This document shows, piece by piece, positions 10,880 through 21,461 of a stretch of 64,000 nt of DNA. Numbering within the stretch: position 1 is the stretch's first letter; every line of letters begins with the position of its first letter. The position numbers and the translations under genes were made by a program. The notes beneath the pieces are model-generated. The model did not search any database. It saw nothing but the letters and a program-made list of their open reading frames with translations, and was not told the origin of the DNA. Source of the stretch: an uncultured Candidatus Binatia bacterium (GTDB taxonomy: Bacteria > Desulfobacterota > Binatia > Bin18); contig OZ243961.1 in assembly GCA_965214605.1 (NCBI GenBank), forward strand, positions 1,440,001 through 1,504,000, read 5' to 3'.

Positions 10880-11159
10880 TTGACCAGCGCATGCGCATTA
10901 GGCAGATCTCAAAAGCCCAGCCACATTCCGGCGTTCCCAAACGGAACGCCCACCTCCAGAGATCACTCACGACCCCAATCTCGAAAAAGCACCACTGAGA
11001 GGAGCCCGGCGGTTTCCTCTTCGGAGACTCCCGCCAGGCGAGAAGTTCGTCCAGCACCGAGATTTCCTTCAGGACTTCAAAATACTCGTAGACAGACGTT
11101 CAGACAACTTGCGTATCATTCTCCACCTTGGGGAAGTTGACATGGCACGAGGCCGCGAC
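10880..11159 (-). pseudogene. Fragment of AAA+ ATPase / DUF4143 family gene
   Basis: Manual minus-strand translation VNFPKVENDTQVV*TSVYEYFEVLKEISVLDELLAWRESPKRKPPGSSQWCFFEIGVV...GTPECGWAFE resembles the DUF4143 region; internal stop, both ends missing. Confidence 0.65.
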
Positions 11160-11501
11160 TCTGAGAGAACGACTAAAAACTGACACATGACAAGTCGATC
11201 CCTCAGCAAAAGCCTCCTGCTGAAGATAGAGGCCGGGAGCAGCTTGTGCCTCCGCGCCTAGATGATCGTCGGAGAAGTGGATTGAGGGCGGAGTTCCACC
11301 TGCAATCGGCTGTCTGGGAATCGGCGCCGCTCAGGCTGAACCCGCCGCTCAAGGCCTCGTGTGGGGTGAGGCTGAACCCAGGCTCACTCAAATCCCAAGC
11401 GGCAAAAGGACAACCCAGGGGGGGGGTGAACTCACAAACAGGAGGGGTTATTCGCGGGGCACCCTATGTCCTTATCAGCGCGGATAAAACCAATGATTTC
11501 C

Positions 11502-13874
11502 TCACCCTAACTTCGCCGCTCCCACCGCCTCAAGCCGACACGGCACATAGCGGTGATATGGACAGCCGCTAAAGGGGTCGCGGTCGGCGATGTCGGTGTA
11601 GTCGTTCATGTTCACCCCAACGATTTCGACCGGTCCGTCATAGCCCCCCTCACCGCTCGGATATTGCATGCCGAAGCCGTTTGGCATCCACACATGGCCA
11701 TCCATGAGTTTGGCATCGATTATGGCCGGCAACTCCACGCTACCGCGTTTGGTAACGACCCGAATCGCATCCCCATTGGCCACCCCCAGGCGTTCGGCGT
11801 CACCGGGAGACAGGTTGAGCGCACAGTGTGGTCCCCGTCCTTTGCGCCACTTTGGGTCGCGCTGAATGGTGTTCGCCGTCCAGCGGGTGCGCAGGCCGGA
11901 GGCCATAATCACCGGGTAGTCCGGGTCGTGGGCGGGCGGGGTATGAATGGCGCGGCTCAGCTCGGCCTGGATCTCTTGGGGAGCTAGGCGTATTTTTTTG
12001 TCGTCAAAGCCGATCCGATCGTCCAGATTCGTCGCCGGATCAAGCCGGGCAATTTCCACTCCTTCAGGATGCGCCATCAGACGCCGATACACTTCGAGCC
12101 CCAAGCTGAAGCCGTCTTCGTTTTGCCACTCCGGACCAAACGCGCGCGCCACAGCCTCGCCCCGAACTCGTCCGTTCATCACCGCTTGAAACCAAATCGA
12201 AGACAGCACGGGGGAGTCCAAATAGCGACCCAGGGTCCGATACGCCCAGTACAGGGGAGCACCGAACCCGGCCTGTTTGGCCGCGGCCTGGAGGACAGAG
12301 AGATAGCGTTTCGCGCCGGCCGGCCGGTCGGCCTCGGCGGCCAACTCGTGCAACTCGGTCGGCACCCTGGGAACCAGCCCCATGGCTTCGGCCAAACGAA
12401 TATAAATCTCGCCTTCGGGCAGGGCTTCTCCTGGGGCTGGAACAATTGGAGGACGGACCTGAACTGGCACCCCGGGAAAGCCGCGTGGAAAGCTGGCCAT
12501 CTCCCATTTTTCATAGCCGACCGGGGTGGGCAAGACATAGTCGGCGACGCGCGCCGTCTCGGTCATGGCTGGTTCAATAACAACCAGCAACTCCAGTTTC
12601 TCCCGTGCTGCGAGCCAGGTTTTGGTATCGGGATAGGACAGCAGCGGGTTTGCGCCCTCGACAATCAGAGCCCTCAGGCGCTCGGGATGGTCAAGGGTGA
12701 TCTCTTCAGGAATGAGCACTGGCGAAAAAATTCCCAGCCGGGTAAAGGCCGAGACGGCCGGGATACCGGACGCCAGGGCGCGTTCAGGCTCCTCGTGGCG
12801 GCGCGGGTCGGGCGTCGGCGGATTGAGGTTGGTGGTGAACACGTTGCCACCTTCTCTGCCCAGGTTGCCGGTCACTGCGATCAATAGGTGAAGTAAATAC
12901 GAATTGAGAGTTGAGAACAGGGTCATCTCAACGCCCAGATCCCACAAAAATGAGGCGCGCCGGGCCGCGGTCAGCTCTTCGGCGGTGGCCACAATGTCGC
13001 TCACTTCCAGGCCACAGCGGCGGGCCATGTCTTGAAGGTCAACCTTGGCGAGCTGGGATTTGATCTCTTCGTAGTCCAGTGTCTTGTCCCGAATGAAATC
13101 CGCATCGCCCAAGTCCCGGCCAATAATGATCGCGGCCAGGGCCAGGAGCAGATAGGCGTCCGTCCCAGGCTTGAGGCGGAGGTGGCGGTCGGCCTGTCTG
13201 GTGGTCTCGGTCACCCGTGGATCTACGACCACCAACTTGCGCCCGGCATCACGGGCGAAGGCTTTCAGCCCATCGGTCGGATTGTGGCCTCGGTTGCTAA
13301 TATGCGGGTTGGTCCCAAGAACCAGCAGAAAATCGGAGCGGTCGTGGTCGGGGTGCAGCATCGTGCCCGACGAGCTATCCAGCATCCACTTCAACACTAT
13401 CCAGTGTTGGGATTTTTCCTGGGCCAGGGCGTTGAAGAAGCGCCGCGAGCCCAGGAGCGAAAGAAACGTCACCCCAAAGGGAGCGTCCAGGTGATTACCC
13501 TGGCCACCAATCCCGGCCAGCCCGATAGAACGCGGCGAATGGTGCTGTCTGATCTGTGTCAGCTTGGTACTAATCTCAGCGATGGCCTGCTCCCAGCTGA
13601 TCTGTTCAAAACCACCCTCAGGTCGACGCTTGAGCGGGCGGGAAACACGCTGAGCATGGTTCACATACGAGGGAATGCTGAAGCCTTTATTACAAATATA
13701 GCCGTGTGAGATTGGGCCTGTCTCATCCGCCCGGATATTTGCAATCTGTCCGTCGACCACATCGACCCGCAGGGCACAGTTGTGGCTACACAACACACAC
13801 ACCGTGGCCTGATCTTTGGCGTTCAGCTGAATCGGCGTTCGGGAGATTGACGGATCGGCTATCCAGGTTTGCAT
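11502..13874 (-). CDS. Molybdopterin-dependent oxidoreductase (Mo-bisPGD family, N-terminal 4Fe-4S)
   Basis: CVLCSHNC...ICNKG, PLKRR...ISWEQA, VVVDPRVTET, TETARVADYVLP, C-terminal molydop-binding domain; no Tat signal. Confidence 0.9.
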   Translation of the reverse strand: MQTWIADPSISRTPIQLNAKDQATVCVLCSHNCALRVDVVDGQIANIRADETGPISHGYICNKGFSIPSYVNHAQRVSRPLKRRPEGGFEQISWEQAIAEISTKLTQIRQHHSPRSIGLAGIGGQGNHLDAPFGVTFLSLLGSRRFFNALAQEKSQHWIVLKWMLDSSSGTMLHPDHDRSDFLLVLGTNPHISNRGHNPTDGLKAFARDAGRKLVVVDPRVTETTRQADRHLRLKPGTDAYLLLALAAIIIGRDLGDADFIRDKTLDYEEIKSQLAKVDLQDMARRCGLEVSDIVATAEELTAARRASFLWDLGVEMTLFSTLNSYLLHLLIAVTGNLGREGGNVFTTNLNPPTPDPRRHEEPERALASGIPAVSAFTRLGIFSPVLIPEEITLDHPERLRALIVEGANPLLSYPDTKTWLAAREKLELLVVIEPAMTETARVADYVLPTPVGYEKWEMASFPRGFPGVPVQVRPPIVPAPGEALPEGEIYIRLAEAMGLVPRVPTELHELAAEADRPAGAKRYLSVLQAAAKQAGFGAPLYWAYRTLGRYLDSPVLSSIWFQAVMNGRVRGEAVARAFGPEWQNEDGFSLGLEVYRRLMAHPEGVEIARLDPATNLDDRIGFDDKKIRLAPQEIQAELSRAIHTPPAHDPDYPVIMASGLRTRWTANTIQRDPKWRKGRGPHCALNLSPGDAERLGVANGDAIRVVTKRGSVELPAIIDAKLMDGHVWMPNGFGMQYPSGEGGYDGPVEIVGVNMNDYTDIADRDPFSGCPYHRYVPCRLEAVGAAKLG

Positions 13875-14602
13875 AGGCTCCTCCTCGGTCCATTGCAGCG
13901 GCTTCTGTTTTCAGCTACGGAGTCTACCTAGCCCGTGGCCCAGATGCAATGACGGTCAAATTTGTGCCTTCCCCAGTCTCGAGCAGTATATACGGAGGTT
14001 CGCAGCGGCTCGTCATCTCTGACGCCTCTCCGACTCAGGACCAGACATGGAACTCTCAGGCTCCCAGACCCCTCCCACATCCCAGCGGACTGTATAGCAG
14101 CGTTGGCCGATCCCCAATGCCGAGCCACCTCTATGTCCGGTTCCAAGAAGCTGGACACCACAGCCGCGTACGAATACCGCGGCGAGGTCCGACTCAGGCA
14201 CCTATGCCGACACAATCAACCCCGAGAGTATTGAAGCTCCGAGCCATTACAAAGTCGGAGTCCTGGACGACAGGGGTAGACAGAGCTTTACTAAGGGGAA
14301 TGTAGGCCGACTTTACAGAGCCCAAAGGTTCGCTGGCTAGGGCGTCTCATCCAGGACGTGCTGCTCGGCAGAGCCGAATACATCACCGATATGCAGTTTC
14401 TGGAGAGGAGGACGTCCAATGCTGTCCCCCCAGGCTCGGTGAGCAGGCCGAAAAAGACCGGCCGGGTGACGAATTCCGCTTTCGGCTTGGGCAGTACTCC
14501 CCTCTGGTGCGGGCTGATAGGGTCTTGTCTGCAACCTCACACGGAGTCCCGTGGGGTCGATAGGTCCAATCGCCTGGACAGGTAGCCTGTTGCATAATAG
14601 TT

Positions 14603-15574
14603 ATGGCGATAGTGCTTCACATATTACAAGTCATGTCTCGCAGTGCTTCACTGGCCCTAAAACGCTGGGCTAACCATGGCCTTTCAAGTGCCCCTCAGCC
14701 TCCGCATGGCCGTTCTAGGCTTGTACGTATCGGGCTAGCGTCGCTGTTGAGTCTGAGCGCGGGCCAACTAGCTTGGACCGAGCCCGCGGCCCAAGCTGCC
14801 GCGTCCGACGAGTCCGCCTTGATTGAGGCTGGAGAGGCCACAATCCATGCTCTCATTGAGGGCGAGGGCCAGCCGATTGTCCTTCTCCCGGCCCTCGGTC
14901 GCGGCGTCGCAGACTTTAGCGACCTCAGTGCCCGTCTGGTGACGGCCGGTTTTCAGGTCGTCCGGCCCCAGCCGCGAGGCATAGGCGCGAGTACGGGTCC
15001 GACCACCGGGCTCACCCTACACGACCTCGGCAACGATATCGCGGCCGTGATTCGCGCTCTGGATAACGGCCCGGTCACGCTGGTCGGCCATGCCTTTGGC
15101 AGCCGTGTCGCCCGCGTGGTAGCCAGCGATCATCCACAGCTTGTCAGTGCATTGGTGTTGCTCGCAGCTGAAGAACGTCAGCCCGCACCGCCCGACATCC
15201 TACACGCCCGGCTGATGTCCTATGATCCGAGCTTGTCACGAAGAGTCCGACGGCGGCTTATTCAAAAAGCATTCTTTGCCGCTGGCAACGATCCGGTCAG
15301 CTGGCAGAGCGGCTGGCATCAGAAAGCCACCCGGACGCAGATGGTCGCCATCCTGGCGACCAAAACCCAAGCGTGGACCGCCCCCGGCAGCACCCCGATC
15401 CTTCTGCTACAGGGGACCGAAGACAAAATTGCCCCGCCCGAGAATGCCCGGCGCTTCAAACGGCACTATGGAGCGCGGGTCACGCTGGTCGAAATAAGGC
15501 AGGCCGGCCATGCTATGCTGCCGGAGCAGCCACGGGCAATTGCCAAGGCGATCGTCTCTTTTTTGCGACCTTAG
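14603..15574 (+). CDS. Alpha/beta fold hydrolase, atypical elbow (GHAFG), probable signal peptide; start uncertain
   Basis: RGIGAS, LVGHAFG, LQGTEDKIAP, AGHAMLPEQP; hydrophobic stretch ending in AAQA. Confidence 0.8.
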   Translation: MAIVLHILQVMSRSASLALKRWANHGLSSAPQPPHGRSRLVRIGLASLLSLSAGQLAWTEPAAQAAASDESALIEAGEATIHALIEGEGQPIVLLPALGRGVADFSDLSARLVTAGFQVVRPQPRGIGASTGPTTGLTLHDLGNDIAAVIRALDNGPVTLVGHAFGSRVARVVASDHPQLVSALVLLAAEERQPAPPDILHARLMSYDPSLSRRVRRRLIQKAFFAAGNDPVSWQSGWHQKATRTQMVAILATKTQAWTAPGSTPILLLQGTEDKIAPPENARRFKRHYGARVTLVEIRQAGHAMLPEQPRAIAKAIVSFLRP

Positions 15575-15602
15575 ATCATAACAGAGAGGGAAAACACCCC
15601 AT

Positions 15603-18600
15603 ATGGCTTTCTACGCCGATCTGCATATTCACTCCAAGTATTCCCGCGCCACCAGCAAAAACTGCGACCTCGAACATCTAGCTCTATGGGCCCGCAAAAA
15701 AGGCATCAGCCTTGTCGGCTCCGGCGATTTTACCCATCCAGCCTGGCACGCCGAGTTGAAAGACAAGCTCGTGCCTGCTGAGCCTGGCCTATTTCGCCTC
15801 CGACCCGACCTGGAAAAAGCGGTTGAGCACCAGCTCCCATCGGCCTGTCGAACGAGCAGGGCGGCCACCCGTTTTATGCTGTCGGTCGAGATCTCGACGA
15901 TTTATAAAAAAGGTGACAAGACGCGTAAAATCCATCATTTGATCTATGCTCCGGATTTTGAAGCGACCGATCGGGTGATTCACAGCCTGTCGAAAATCGG
16001 CAACCTGCAATCGGATGGTCGGCCTATCCTGGGGCTGGACTCTCGCCATCTCCTAGAGATCACCCTAGAGTCGAGTCCGGGCTCGTACCTCGTTCCGGCC
16101 CATATCTGGACGCCGTGGTTTGCCGCCCTCGGTTCAAAGTCGGGCTTTGACGCCATCGACGCCTGTTATGCCGATTTGGCCCCCCACATCTTTGCTGTTG
16201 AGACAGGGCTGTCCTCAGATCCACCTATGAACTGGCGGGTGTCGTCTTTGGATCGTTTCCGTCTGGTGTCTAACTCCGACGCCCATTCGCCGGAAAAGCT
16301 GGGCCGAGAGGTGTGCGTCTTCAATACTGAGTTGGACTATTTTGCCGTGCGTCAGGCGCTAGAGACAGGGCAAGGTTACGAAGGCACGCTGGAGTTTTTT
16401 CCCGAAGAGGGCAAATATCATCTCGATGGCCACCGCGGCTGCAATATCCGCCTCTCTCCGAGTGAGACCCGTCAACACCAGGGCAGGTGTCCGGTGTGCG
16501 GCAAGCCGCTGACCGTCGGCGTTATGCACCGGGTTGAAGACCTAGCCGACCGCCAAGAAGAGGGCCCCCCACCCCAAACGGCCGGCAGCGCATACAGCCT
16601 TGTCCCGCTGCCGGAGATGCTGTCCGAGATTTATCAGGTCGGTCCCAAGAGTAAAAAAATCAGCCATCACTATGAAAGCCTGTTGGGTCGGCTCGGGCCC
16701 GAACTCCAACTGCTCACCACGCTGCCGCTAGAAGACATTCGGCACGCCGACGCGCCCCTCGTCACCGAGGCGGTTTCTCGATTGCGTCAACAAGAAGTGA
16801 TCCGAGAGGCCGGCTACGACGGCGTATACGGCACAATTCGCCTTTTCCACGACGACGAACTGCGCCGGCACCTCGGCGGGGCGCCATTATTTCAGGAGGC
16901 GCCACCGCCTGCGTCACCCCTGCCAGTGGACGAAGAACGGGCGACCCCCAGCAGCCCGGCCCACCCAGCTCCCCCTCGTCTTCAGCGCCCAAGCCACACA
17001 ACGCCAACCGATCCGCCGGTCGATATCTCGTCCGATATTTTGGCCGAGCTCGACGCAGATCAACGCCGAGCGGCCGAAATCACCTCTGGTCCTCTCCTCA
17101 TTGTGGCTGGTCCTGGGTCGGGAAAAACCAAAACCCTCACCCACCGTCTCGTCCATCTCATCACCAAGCACGCCGTCCCGCCAGCCCAATGTTTGGCCCT
17201 CACCTTCACCAGACGGGCGGCCGATGAGCTGCGCGCCCGCCTGCAAACCTTGCTGCCCGACGGGTGGCGGCAAGTCACGGTAGGAACCTTTCACTCCTTA
17301 GCCCTGTCCATTCTCCAGGCCGACTGGAACGCGGCCGGTCTGCAGCGCGGTTTTCGGCTTGCCTCAGATATCGAACGGCTGCGCCTGCTCCAAGACACCC
17401 TAGGTGTGTCTGAAAAAACAGCCTACAGCCAGCTCTCGGCTATTTCACACGCCAAACGGACCCGGACGCCGCCGACCGACAGACGCCTGAACGCGGCCTA
17501 TAAGGCGTACCAGCATCAGATGGAGACCCGCAATCTGCTTGATTTTGATGAACTGGTTATCCGGGCGGCCGACACCTTAGCCTCTGAACCCGCCCTCCAG
17601 GCTCACTACCGACAGCGCTACCGCTGGGTGTGTATCGACGAGTACCAAGATGTCGATGAGCAACAGGTCCGGTTCATCAAACAACTTGTTCCTCCGGACG
17701 GCAACATCTGCGCGATTGGTGACCCAGACCAAGCCATCTATAGCTTCCGGGGTGCGAATGTGCGTTTTTTCTCCGAGTTTCAGCACGACTTCCCCACGGC
17801 CGAGGTCGTGCAGCTGACCCGCAATTATCGCTCCGACCAAAATATTGTCAGGCTCTCATCCCAGGTGATGCCGACCTCCTTGGCCCAACATTCCGTCCCG
17901 GTTCTCGAAAACGCGCCTAGTCTGATCACCATCCATGAAGCGCCAACCGAAAAAGCCGAGGCTGAATTTATTGTTCAGTCACTGGAACACACGCTGGGCG
18001 GACATAATTTTTTCTCCATTGACAGCGGTCGCTCGGCGGACGCCGAGGGACAGGACTTGTCGTTTTCCGATTTTGCGGTGCTCTACCGTACCGAGACCCA
18101 AGCCGCGGCCCTGGTCGAAGCCCTGCAGCGCTCAGGCCTGCCGTTTCAAAAGCGTTCGCATAGCCGGCTGCTGGATCATCCCGGTACTGCTGTTCTGCTT
18201 GACGCGATGCGCCAGCAGATCCAAGCTGGAGTTGTTCGGGACCAGCTCGAAGCGGCCCATAGTCAGCTCCGACAAGCGGCACAGTCAGCCTCCAATGAAG
18301 TGACAGAGGCCTATGAGTTCCTTAAACCCATCGCTCAGACGTGTGGACAAGATTTGGAACGCTTTCTGTCCGAGCTGGCCCTGGAAAGCCAGGCCGACAG
18401 CTGGGATTCTCGCGCCGACCGGATTTCGCTGCTGACTCTGCACGCCGCCAAAGGACTCGAATTCTCGGTTGTGTTTATCGTTGGCTGTGAGGACGGTATC
18501 CTACCCCTACGGTGGGGAAAAACCGGACAGGCCGAACTCGACGAAGAACGTCGGGTATTCTACGTCGGCGTCACCCGGGCAAAAACAAAGCTGTATTTGT

Positions 18601-18752
18601 GTCGGGCCAAGAAACGCCGCTGGCGGGGTAAAATCCGTAAGCTCCCTCCCTCCCCCTACCTCGCCGATATCGAAGAGCAGCTGCTCGACAACCAACGTTC
18701 ACAGATTGTTTGGAAGACCAAAAAAGAGAGCCAGCTAGAACTGTTCTCCTAG
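15603..18752 (+). CDS. EndoQ/TIGR00375-like PHP endonuclease fused to a UvrD/PcrA-type SF1A helicase
   Basis: N-term DLHIHS, PAHIWTPW, ETGLSSD, SNSDAHS, GKYHLDGHRGC, CPVCG; Pro-rich linker; C-term AGPGSGKT, TFT, DEYQD, GDPDQAIYSFRGA, NYRS, TLHAAKGLEF, EERRVFYVGVTRAK. Confidence 0.9.
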   Translation: MAFYADLHIHSKYSRATSKNCDLEHLALWARKKGISLVGSGDFTHPAWHAELKDKLVPAEPGLFRLRPDLEKAVEHQLPSACRTSRAATRFMLSVEISTIYKKGDKTRKIHHLIYAPDFEATDRVIHSLSKIGNLQSDGRPILGLDSRHLLEITLESSPGSYLVPAHIWTPWFAALGSKSGFDAIDACYADLAPHIFAVETGLSSDPPMNWRVSSLDRFRLVSNSDAHSPEKLGREVCVFNTELDYFAVRQALETGQGYEGTLEFFPEEGKYHLDGHRGCNIRLSPSETRQHQGRCPVCGKPLTVGVMHRVEDLADRQEEGPPPQTAGSAYSLVPLPEMLSEIYQVGPKSKKISHHYESLLGRLGPELQLLTTLPLEDIRHADAPLVTEAVSRLRQQEVIREAGYDGVYGTIRLFHDDELRRHLGGAPLFQEAPPPASPLPVDEERATPSSPAHPAPPRLQRPSHTTPTDPPVDISSDILAELDADQRRAAEITSGPLLIVAGPGSGKTKTLTHRLVHLITKHAVPPAQCLALTFTRRAADELRARLQTLLPDGWRQVTVGTFHSLALSILQADWNAAGLQRGFRLASDIERLRLLQDTLGVSEKTAYSQLSAISHAKRTRTPPTDRRLNAAYKAYQHQMETRNLLDFDELVIRAADTLASEPALQAHYRQRYRWVCIDEYQDVDEQQVRFIKQLVPPDGNICAIGDPDQAIYSFRGANVRFFSEFQHDFPTAEVVQLTRNYRSDQNIVRLSSQVMPTSLAQHSVPVLENAPSLITIHEAPTEKAEAEFIVQSLEHTLGGHNFFSIDSGRSADAEGQDLSFSDFAVLYRTETQAAALVEALQRSGLPFQKRSHSRLLDHPGTAVLLDAMRQQIQAGVVRDQLEAAHSQLRQAAQSASNEVTEAYEFLKPIAQTCGQDLERFLSELALESQADSWDSRADRISLLTLHAAKGLEFSVVFIVGCEDGILPLRWGKTGQAELDEERRVFYVGVTRAKTKLYLCRAKKRRWRGKIRKLPPSPYLADIEEQLLDNQRSQIVWKTKKESQLELFS

Positions 18753-18753
18753 G

Positions 18754-19299
18754 CTAACCCTCTCTCGGACCGCCGCGCATCAGGGCCTGTAGACTCGCAG
18801 GCTCAGGATTGTTCCGCAGACGGGTGTGGAGTTCCGGCCAACAGTCCGGAGCAGCAAACGTGCGGACTCCCCGCTCCCGATACATTTCCAAGGCTGAGGC
18901 ATCGTCTTCAAACGCGTACAGGTGGTGACCGCCTCGAAGCGGCAAGATATCGTCCATCAGCGCCTCCCGCTTGATTTCGGCGTTGGGACGAAAGTCGTTG
19001 GGCTTGCGCATAAACAGACGCTCGAAGCGGAAAAAGCGCCGTAACCAGCACTCGGTGACCTCGCGCAAAGCTTCGGGCCGACCCGTGCTGACCACCACTC
19101 TTGGCGAGCAGGCGTTCAGCCAGTTCAACACCTCAACAGCTTGCTCGTGGACCGGATATTCCACCGTTCTCAGATGCTCAACAACCCACTCCCAGAACGT
19201 CGGCCCCTCCTGCTCAAGTAGCTCGGGTGGAGCGAAGTTTTGAATCGAGGGGGGATAGAAGTGGTTCAGCGTATAATCTATATCCAAAATTAGTAACAT
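18754..19299 (-). CDS. HAD-superfamily phosphatase resembling the polynucleotide kinase 3'-phosphatase domain
   Basis: DIDYT (DxDxT), [26 protein letters not shown]; start reassigned to MLLILD. Confidence 0.75.
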   Translation of the reverse strand: MLLILDIDYTLNHFYPPSIQNFAPPELLEQEGPTFWEWVVEHLRTVEYPVHEQAVEVLNWLNACSPRVVVSTGRPEALREVTECWLRRFFRFERLFMRKPNDFRPNAEIKREALMDDILPLRGGHHLYAFEDDASALEMYRERGVRTFAAPDCWPELHTRLRNNPEPASLQALMRGGPREG

Positions 19300-19514
19300 G
19301 CAGTGCCTCCAACATCTCTTCTTGGAGGCAGCATAACAAAACCAAGCCCCCAACTGATTCTAATCGTCAAATCGTCACAAAAATATCATGTTTCGGCAAA
19401 CTGGGAGGCTCGGGGGCCGCGGCGCGTGTGTTGTTCAGCCGGGGTCTTGTCCTGGGTTCACCATTAGGACTATGTATTGTAGGAGCAGGACAAGTGAGGG
19501 TAGAAAGAAACACC

Positions 19515-21446
19515 ATGCCAAGCTGCCACACTGCATCGTACGGTTCTTGGAAATCGCCGATTAGCTCAGATCTCATCGTTTCAGCCGTTGTCGGTCTCGG
19601 GCAAATCGCGCTGGACGGAGACGACATCTACTGGATCGAACAGCGTCCGACTGAAGGCGGGCGCGATGTCGTCGTTCAATGCACGCCGGACGGCCGAACG
19701 ATTGACCGCACGCCTATGCCTTTTAATGCCCGGACTCGGGTCCACGAATACGGAGGCGGCGCGTTTGTTGTCCATAACGGCAGCTTGTACTTCTCTAACT
19801 TTGCCGATCAGCGCCTCTACCACCAGCAGGCTCGGGGCCAGCCCCAGCCCCTCAGTCCGGAAGAGGATCTCCGGTACGCCGACGGGGTGCTGGACCGACA
19901 CCGCCGGCGTTTGATCTGTGTTCGAGAGGATCATCGTTGGACGGACCGTGAAGCGGTCAACACCCTCGTCAGCCTCGACCTCGTCTCGGGCGATGACCAG
20001 ATTCTTGTTTGCGGCCAAGATTTTTACTCAAACCCGCGCCTGAGCCCCGACGGCCAGCGCCTGGCCTGGTTGAGTTGGACCCATCCCAATATGCCCTGGG
20101 ACGGTACCGAGCTCTGGAACGCGACGCTTCAGGCTGACGGCTCGCTGGGCAGTCTGGAACACATTGCCGGCGGCCCGGACGAATCTATTTTTCAGCCCGA
20201 ATGGTCACCGGACGGCGAGCTATATTTTGTTTCTGACCGCACTGACTGGTGGAATATCTATCGTTTCCGTGACGGCCGGCTCGAACCCATGTGTGACGCG
20301 GCGGCTGAATTTGGCTTGCCCCAGTGGGTGTTTGGCATGTCCACGTATGGATTTGCTAGCGCCGAGCGTATAATCTGTACCTCTACGCAAAACGGAGCCT
20401 GGCGACTGGCTAGCCTGGATACCCGTACCAAACAGCTGGAAGAGATCACTACCCCCTACAGCGCCATTTCCAGCCTCCATGTATCCTCGGACCACGCTGT
20501 TTTCAGCGCTGGCTCGCCAACCGAGGCGGCCTGTATTGTCCGGCTCGACCTGGCTTCGCAGCAGCTGACCGTGCTGCGCCGCTCCAGCGATATCGAGATT
20601 GACGCGGGCTATCTCTCCCGTCCACAGACGCTTGAATTTCCAACCGAACAGGGTCGCACGGCCCAAGCTCTGTTTTACCCTCCGTGTAACCAAGACTACA
20701 GCGCGCCTGCGGACGAGCTCCCACCGCTGCTGGTCAAAAGCCATGGCGGTCCAACCGCAGCCGCTAGCTCGACGCTCAGTTTGGGCATCCAGTATTGGAC
20801 GAGTCGTGGCATCGCTGTTCTGGACGTCAACTATGGAGGCAGCACGGGCTATGGCCGGGCGTATCGCCAACGGCTGAACGGCCAGTGGGGCATTGTCGAT
20901 GTAGACGACTGTGTGAATGGCGCGCGCTATCTTGTTCAGCAGGGGTGGATCGACGGACAGCGTTTAGCGATCACCGGCGGCAGCGCCGGGGGTTATACGA
21001 CCCTATCTGCGCTCACCTTTCGGGAGCTGTTTCAAGCTGGGGCGAGCCACTACGGAATCTGTGACCTAGAGGTCTTGGCCCGAGATACGCATAAATTCGA
21101 ATCTCGTTATCTCAATAGCTTGGTTGGTCCCTATCCCGAACACAGGGAACTCTACCAACAACGCTCGCCGATCCATTTTACCGACCGACTGTCGTGCCCG
21201 CTGGTTCTGTTCCAAGGCTTAGAGGATAAAATTGTCCCGCCCAATCAGGCCGAGCTGATGGCCAAGGCACTCCAGACCAAAGGGCTGCCCGTTGCCTATG
21301 TTCCCTTTGCCGGCGAGCAGCACGGCTTTCGGCGGGCGGAAAACATCAAGCGGGCGCTGGACGGCGAGCTGTATTTTTACTCGCGGATTTTTGGCTTTGA
21401 CCTGGCAGAGCCAGTCGAGCCGGTCGTTATTGAAAATCTGGACTGA
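19515..21446 (+). CDS. S9 family peptidase (prolyl oligopeptidase / acylaminoacyl peptidase)
   Basis: [41 protein letters not shown]; start reassigned to ATG 19515. Confidence 0.92.
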   Translation: MPSCHTASYGSWKSPISSDLIVSAVVGLGQIALDGDDIYWIEQRPTEGGRDVVVQCTPDGRTIDRTPMPFNARTRVHEYGGGAFVVHNGSLYFSNFADQRLYHQQARGQPQPLSPEEDLRYADGVLDRHRRRLICVREDHRWTDREAVNTLVSLDLVSGDDQILVCGQDFYSNPRLSPDGQRLAWLSWTHPNMPWDGTELWNATLQADGSLGSLEHIAGGPDESIFQPEWSPDGELYFVSDRTDWWNIYRFRDGRLEPMCDAAAEFGLPQWVFGMSTYGFASAERIICTSTQNGAWRLASLDTRTKQLEEITTPYSAISSLHVSSDHAVFSAGSPTEAACIVRLDLASQQLTVLRRSSDIEIDAGYLSRPQTLEFPTEQGRTAQALFYPPCNQDYSAPADELPPLLVKSHGGPTAAASSTLSLGIQYWTSRGIAVLDVNYGGSTGYGRAYRQRLNGQWGIVDVDDCVNGARYLVQQGWIDGQRLAITGGSAGGYTTLSALTFRELFQAGASHYGICDLEVLARDTHKFESRYLNSLVGPYPEHRELYQQRSPIHFTDRLSCPLVLFQGLEDKIVPPNQAELMAKALQTKGLPVAYVPFAGEQHGFRRAENIKRALDGELYFYSRIFGFDLAEPVEPVVIENLD

Positions 21447-21461
21447 CGAGAGGAGAGAATC

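Noticed and set aside
13920-14600. Protein-like fragments (SKKLDTTAAYEYRGEV, GTYADTINPESIE)
   Set aside because: Probably a remnant, but I cannot assign a family without BLASTx.
19101-19514. Long N-terminal extensions in the ORF track (S9 peptidase; similarly the LLM, Smr, amt and urtB ORFs)
   Set aside because: They overlap neighbouring genes or lack homology-like content; downstream ATGs match family N-termini.
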